From contig CAWDYJ010000026.1 of NCBI GenBank assembly GCA_963806525.1, forward strand, positions 133,175-197,174: 64,000 nucleotides of DNA. The letters run 5' to 3'. Under the pieces are notes generated by a model. It saw only the letters and a list, made by a program, of their open reading frames with translations, searched no databases and had not been told where the DNA came from. A program made the translations under genes and the position numbers. This DNA comes from an uncultured delta proteobacterium. GTDB taxonomy: Bacteria > Desulfobacterota > Desulfobulbia > Desulfobulbales > Desulfocapsaceae. Numbering within the stretch: position 1 is the stretch's first letter; every line of letters starts with the position of its first letter. This document shows, in pieces, positions 56,108 to 64,000 of the stretch.

Positions 56108-58585
56108 TCCAGCCCCTCACCTGTCACTGATATTATCGTGCCGCCTTCACTCCCGGAACTGATGGTCAGCTCCGCTCCTATAGCCTTCGCCCGATACTTC
56201 ATGGTATGAAACCCCATGCCGGTTGCCGCCGGGGTAGTATCAAACCCGGTCCCATCATCGACAATCTTCAACGACAAACCCATCCTCCTCAAGCCGCATA
56301 TATACACCGATCTTCGTCGGTTTGCCATGACGGGCAGCATTAAAAACAGCCTCCCTGACAATATAATATAAATGCGTGGCAGAATTTTTTCCGAGGTCGC
56401 TACCCCCTTTTCCACCCTCCCATGAAAGATCGAAATGAACCTTAAAAATCTTTTCCACTTCGACTGCCAGCTCCTCAATTGCCGCTTCCAAACCATACTC
56501 AATGACATGCACAGGATAGAGCCCCTGGGAAAGTCGGCGGGTCTTTTCAATAGCGTCCCTGATCAGATTGCGGATCGTCCCGAGCTGTTTTTCACGCTCC
56601 GGCGCCTCTCCCTGGAGCTGTTGCTGCAAGGCCTTACTCAACAGTTCAACTCCGGTCAGATGGGAGCCGAGATCATCATGCAGATCCCGGCCTATTCTTG
56701 ACCTTTCTTCTTCGCTGACCGCAATAATCTGCCGCTCCAGCCGGGCAAGCTCCTTCTCCGCGCATTTATTCAGCACATGCAGCCACATACCTTCGAGCAG
56801 CATGGTCATCTGTCGGATATCAGAATTATCATATTTTTCACTATTATTGCTGACCCCGGCAACAACCACGATCTTCCCATCATTAAAAATTGGTACATCC
56901 AGATGTCGTTTAATCACTCGGCAATAGGGATAGATATCCTCTTTATTTATGAGATGAGAGGAATTGGTAATTATTGCAGTCTTTCTCATCACCGCCTTAC
57001 CGGGAAAACCGCCATGCTTCTATGGCCCGGGAAAGAATCAGCTCTTTTTCCTTATGTTTTTCGTCCTGCTGATTAAAGACAAAATAAGAACATATGGTAA
57101 TATGGGTCTGGGCATTATTGACCAGTGCCAGATACCCCTCTTCACTCCTGGTAATCTGCACAATTCTTCGGAGGATAAAATCATATTTTTCCTGCAGGGA
57201 ATATTTTTCCATCATTCCCAGACGAAGCAGAGTGTCCAGGCGCAATTCATCCCGATGCAGGAGGAGTTCGTTCTTTACCCGTTCCTCCACCATCCGATTG
57301 GCCAGATGGCTGAGGTCCTCAAATTCTTTGAACACAAGATCCTCATTATTAATTTTCACATTTGAATCAGCCGCTTCCCGAAAAAAATTAGTAAAGAGAT
57401 TGATTCCCTGTTTGATCTTGAACGAATAGTAAAAGGCAGAGAGAAGCAGAAAGGCAACAGCTATGGCAAAAAGAACAATAAAAGTAAATACATTCTTAAA
57501 AGATATTCCTCTGATAGGTTTCTGTTTCAGCCGCAATGGTCTGCTCCATTGCGTCCATAAACATCGATGTTCCCAAAACCCAGTCCCAATCCGGATATAT
57601 CTGCACAAAACTGAGCTTCTGGTGAACGTTGCCGGTCACCGGCCTCTGCACCGAATAGTGCACATACCCTTCCTGTTCACCCCTTCATCGCCGTCTCCAG
57701 CAATTCCTCGCCATACTCCATGCCGTTGACATCAACCAAATCCCCCACGGAACGACCGATAAGCCGTTCATCCTGATTGCTGAGAATGGTCCCGTCGGAA
57801 CGGAAACAAAAGACCTCTCCGTCTTTACCAAATTGTATATTGCCGATTCTGGAAAGGACCTCATGCTGCAGTATCTCTTCGAGGTCATCATTATAAATTC
57901 CCGCCCCAATAAACCAGTCAAGCGGTGGAAAATATTTAACAAAGGCAATTTTCGGAAAATTTTTTCCTGAAAACTTGGGCTTGACAAGATTATAGTGGTA
58001 TATACCCAGCTTCTTTATCCCGAATAATCGACACAATATCACCAACCACATCCTGGCCGGTAATTTTCTCGAACTCAGCCGCAGATTTCCCTTCAAAAAA
58101 AGGTTCATCGGCAAAGAGATCGATTACCCCGTCCTGGACTCTTCCGGCAAAATAATAGCCTCTCCCGTTATTCCACCGTATCGGCCGTAAAAGTTCAATA
58201 ATCATCGACCGTAGTTCATCAACACTCTGCTCATCTTTGTACAGCCGATAATTATGGGAAGCAATGGTATAGGCTGCCTGTACCCGTTCGCGAAGATCCA
58301 GTTCAACCCTGAACGTCATTTTGCTCCCGCCGGTAGTCTATCAGTTCGACAACCTTGGCCAATTCCTCCTTAACCCGCACTTCATATTGATTCCTGATAG
58401 GTGTTTCGTATATTTTCAATACTTTCCTGATACGCCTGATACTCGTTAATAGCCCAGAAAATGCCGATAAAAGCAGCAAGAGAGGTCACCACCACCAGGG
58501 ATGCGTAGAAAGGTGCCGCAGAAAGGGTGATTTTATTAAAAAGTCGCATTGATGGTCTGGCCACTGGATTTATCTCTTTCGGCAA
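56104..58585 (-). CDS. Sensor histidine kinase with periplasmic Cache domains, GAF and HisKA_3 (many frameshifts)
   Basis: LRPIRWNNGRGYYF, KIAFVKYFPPLDWFIGAGIY (Cache), RHLDVPIF (GAF), EERSRIGRDLHDDLG, REAVFNAARH and DDGTGF. Confidence 0.85.
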
Positions 58586-58586
58586 A

Positions 58587-59743
58587 TCATATGCCGTCCT
58601 TGAGTTCTTGCACAGTCGGATAGATCTGCGTCAGATAGATAATATCCATTCCCTGATGATCATCAGGACCAAAGCGAAGCTCAAGCCCTCCCAGATCAAA
58701 CCAGCCAACCTCTTCCATGGTCGCTATGAATTTTTCCCTGGTCAGTTCACCTTTCACCGCTAAAGCAATCTTGCCAAACAGTTTGCCGACAATAAATCCC
58801 TCCAGAGAGGTGAAACTAATCGGCGCATCATGCTGATACTTGGCCATGGTCCTTTTAAACTCACCGATCAAGGGAATATTTGTATCGTGGGGAGAAGGAA
58901 CCACCTGGGACACAACCACCCCCTCACCATAGCCGCCGAGTACCTCCCTGAGACTCTCGGTGCCGACAAAGGAGATATTGCCAAAGAGCACATCCGTGGA
59001 AATCTTATTCCTGCTCAGTTTGATAAATTCAGCACAGGCCGAATAGGCACCAACAAGCACTACAGCTTCCGGTTTCTCCTGGTAGATATCGCGCAGAGCG
59101 CCCATGACCGCAACAGTGTTTCGTTCATAGCTTCCTTTGGAAACAAGAGCCATCCCCCTTTTAGCCAAGGCAATTTCGATGCCTCGCAACCCGGCAAAAC
59201 CGTAACTGTCATTTTGATAAAAGCAGGCGACCCTGCTCAATTTTTTTTGATCAATCAGATAGGAGGCCAGCTTTTCCATCTCCTGAAAATAGCTGGCCCG
59301 AACATTTATAACGTATTTATTAAAAGGACTGCGCAAAAATTCAGCACCGGTAAAGGGACCAAAAAAGGGAATCCTCACCTCGCTGATAATCGGTGCCACC
59401 GCTTTGGAAGTGGGCGTACCAACGGCGCCGATAAGAGCAAAAACCTGATCATCGTAGATCAGTGCCTTGGTATTTCTGACAGCTTCATCCGGCTCATAAC
59501 CGTCATCCCGACTGAGTAGAATGATCTCCCGCCCATGAATTCCGCCATTATCGTTAATTAATGAAAAGGCCGCGAGCAGACCAGCCCGCATCTCAAGTCC
59601 AAGGTTTTGTGCAGGACCGCTCAGCGCACAGGATTGACCAAGAACAATTGGGCTGGCAAGTTCATCGATGCCGCCCTCGCACTGACGGCACAAAAAGAAA
59701 ACAACACATTCAAAAAAGAATCAAGGAACAACTGCCGCATCAT
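58587..59743 (-). CDS. Periplasmic type-I (LivK-like) substrate-binding protein
   Basis: LGQSCALSGP, DDGYEP, GAVGTPTS, PFTGA, RASY and ISFVG. The signal peptide is in a shifted frame from ATG 59743. Confidence 0.85.
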
Positions 59744-60057
59744 ACAATTTCTCCGACAACAGATCACGTCTCAGCAATCAAAACACCAATGTTTACAATA
59801 CCCAACTAATCGCCAAGAATAGGGAAAATATTTTTGAATTGCAAGGACATTGACGCATGCATAGCGACATTGGGGAGTTGACAAAGACATTTTCCGGCTC
59901 TATCTCTCTTGTTATTACCTGACCATAATGACAATTTTTTTGTTACAGATAGGGCGAAACACTCTCACAAAATGATACTTGAAATTCATCCCAACTCCTT
60001 TTAGGGTATCGGCCACAGAATACAATCAAGATTCCCCGACAGCCAACAGATACCAAT

Positions 60058-61830
<1,773 letters not shown>

Positions 61831-62137
61831 AATCTTTATCCCTCATATTTTCGAATGCGATCTCACGAGTATCTTCTTACAATACTCACCTCCCGAAACA
61901 GGCAGTTACTTTGCAAACCAGTATCAGCAAATTTTCTCGATCACAAAAAAATCCTCTGAGTGCTTTTAAACTACTCTCCCATACGATCAAGATCACGAAA
62001 AAAAATAAGTTTTTTTCAAATTCAGGTGACCTGTATCGATCAGTCAGCCCGGTAATATCACGCTGGCAGCTTTTAACAAAGAGTATCTGTTCTCTTTTTA
62101 AAACCCAATAAGCACATTACAACACGCCATGGTAAAG

Positions 62138-62159
62138 CCTGATGATGTCGTAAAAACTC
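62138..62159. repeat. Solo end of the MITE-like repeat
   Basis: cctgatgatgtcgtaaaaactc matches tttgatgaactcgtaaaaacc. Confidence 0.5.
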
Positions 62160-62192
62160 ATCGAAATTGTCGGGATGGACTCTGGAAAAAGC

Positions 62193-63552
62193 TTAAAGGT
62201 CCTTGCGGTAAACAGATTTTATATAGCCATCGACATCAAATTTACGACGACAGCCCGCTTCATTCATGTAACGGATTTTACCGAACACAGAACGTTCACG
62301 CCACGCCCTGTCATGCACTCCGCCTACTGACCAGGCAATACCTGTATAGCCATTGGGGTCACGACCATCAAGAGAGTAGCGGTCGTTGAGAGTTATGGCA
62401 TAATCAAGGGCGGTTTCCGGATCATATGTCCATTCAAGAATTTTCTTGGCCCAGTACATTCTCAGATAACCATGGAGTTTTCCTGTCTGGACAAGATCGT
62501 ACTGACATGCGTTCCAGAGTGCCTCATGGGTATTGCACTGTTCAAAATCAGCCAGGGAATAGACATATTCTCTTTTATCGCCGCGATGCTCTTCGAGGGT
62601 TTTGCGTGCCCACTCGGGAAATCCGGCAACAGAATCATAGGACGACTCATAGAAACAGAAATTATCGGCTAGTTCTCGGCGCACAACAAGTTCTTCAAGA
62701 AAAACTTCCCTGGCTGCATGGGGAACTTCAGAGCATCTTACCATCCAGGCCAGTCTTTGCGGGGACAACTGACCAAAATGCAGGTAGGGAGAGAGTCCCG
62801 ACTGGCCGTCCAGACAGGGATTATTGCGGGTATCCGGATAATCTTGCAGTTTGCTGTGGACAAAACATATTGCTGCCTGCATTGCAGCTGTCTCACCGGC
62901 AGGCAACCAGCTCTTTCGACCTGCAATTTGGTCAAAAATACTTTCGGCAGAGCGACTGGCATCAACAGCGACAGGACAGTCGAAAGGATGCAGTTCTATT
63001 GTCGGAATATCTGTTAAATAAACATCCAGGAGTCGTTTTATCTTGGGCCGCAGGGTGTAGGCGGCATATTCTTTTTTGTTCGAGACGGTCCAGGCAGGAA
63101 CGACGTTGTGACTGTCCACCTCGTAGAAGGGAATTGTCAGACGGGTGATAAGCTGGTTTTTCCAACGCTGTTTAATTTTGAGAGGATCAAAGTCGCAGAC
63201 AAGAACATGGGCGTCAATCTTCTGGAGAAAAAGAGGGAGTATATCTTCTGGGCTTTGTTCAAGTATTTGAAAAGTGATATGTAAACGACTGAGTTTGTCC
63301 GCCAGCCCGAAAAGCCCCTTCACCATGAAACTATAGTGGGACAAGGTGGCTCCAGGATAATCGGCAACCAGACAGAAGACCACAAGCAGGCCTTTCTTGC
63401 GGATGACGGCTTCCTGCTGGGCCCACAGAAGAGCCCAGTTGTCGGACGACCCTCTGATCACGTGACATCCAGTACACAACGGGGCCATTACCACGCCGCC
63501 CCTGGCAAAGAAGTCGACTCCTTCTTTCTATGTCAATGTTTCGTCGATTCAT
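62193..63552 (-). CDS. phrB: Class II CPD photolyase (frameshift near 63465)
   Basis: VVYWMSRDQR, DNWAL, LSPYLHFGQLS, RRELADNFC, HGYLRMYWAKKILEW and DGRDPNGY. Confidence 0.93.
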
Positions 63553-63771
63553 TTCCGTTTAAAAAGTCTGCAGCAACAAAGAAATGGTAGTGGCAGCTTC
63601 CGCTAACCTCCCGTTTATTAGCCATTGATACAAACGCAACATATGATTATACCATACTAAAGACTTCTGACTGAAGAAACAAAAGGAAGATACGTCACGG
63701 GTGTGCCGGAATGTATCAACAAAAGCAGCAGTGTTCAACCCCTCACCTAACCTCATTAAGATTTCGTCATC

Positions 63772-64000
63772 ATGGTAGATAGTCAAAAGAGCAGAACTGT
63801 TTTGATCACTGGTGCCACCGGTTATATTGGCCGACGACTGAAACACCGTCTGCTGGAAATCCCCAGCCTGTCGATACGATTGTTTGTCCGAAACAAGAAT
63901 AAAGTTCAAGTTTCAGTCGCCGACCGGGTCGACATCAAGGAAGGATCAACGTTTGACAAAGACTCTCTAGCGATAGCCCTTAAAGGAGTTGATACAGCAT
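63772..64000 (+). CDS. NAD(P)-binding SDR/epimerase-like protein, runs off the window end
   Basis: MVDSQKSRTVLITGATGYIGRRL Rossmann motif, open to the window end. Confidence 0.85.
   Translation, partial: MVDSQKSRTVLITGATGYIGRRLKHRLLEIPSLSIRLFVRNKNKVQVSVADRVDIKEGSTFDKDSLAIALKGVDTA

Noticed and set aside
59820-60057. Moco/Tuco riboswitch or ModE site near fdhD, mobB or wtpA
   Set aside because: I could not identify the conserved structure by eye. An Infernal search would be needed.

Overview
Chromosomal segment from an anaerobic deltaproteobacterium. Gene content and style suggest a sulfate reducer of the Desulfobulbales/Desulfocapsaceae type, which is an inference. No rRNA, tRNA, CRISPR array, transposase or prophage was seen. 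In order, the window holds: a DUF134 regulator and an internally deleted NifB/NifX-family remnant; DUF4390-ntrY-ntrX-hemB; class II ribonucleotide reductase nrdJ with NrdR-like boxes; an orphan WtpA-type tungstate-binding protein; TRAP dctQM plus a USP; an iorAB-paaK-ACT-paaK aryl-acid cluster; a double-rubredoxin membrane protein; an ExeA-OmpA fusion; GNAT/nitrilase; zntB; a selenocysteine rhodanese-ferritin-like fusion coupled to a FAD oxidoreductase; a cytochrome-c-fused bd-oxidase-like pair behind a membrane-anchored IscU-like gene; pspF/pspABC; mobB, Prx and TlpA; a complete Sec-containing formate dehydrogenase operon (ferredoxin, TorD, small Tat peptide, fdhABC) behind a binding protein/Cache kinase/NarL-type regulator trio; fdhD; ddl; and a class II photolyase. 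About 25 genes, including hemB and ddl, are broken by small indels, most likely long-read assembly errors. Two in-frame UGA codons (30666-30668, 51720-51722) are different: they sit at catalytic Cys/Sec positions with SECIS-like hairpins and read as selenocysteine. Several copies of a MITE-like repeat are also present.
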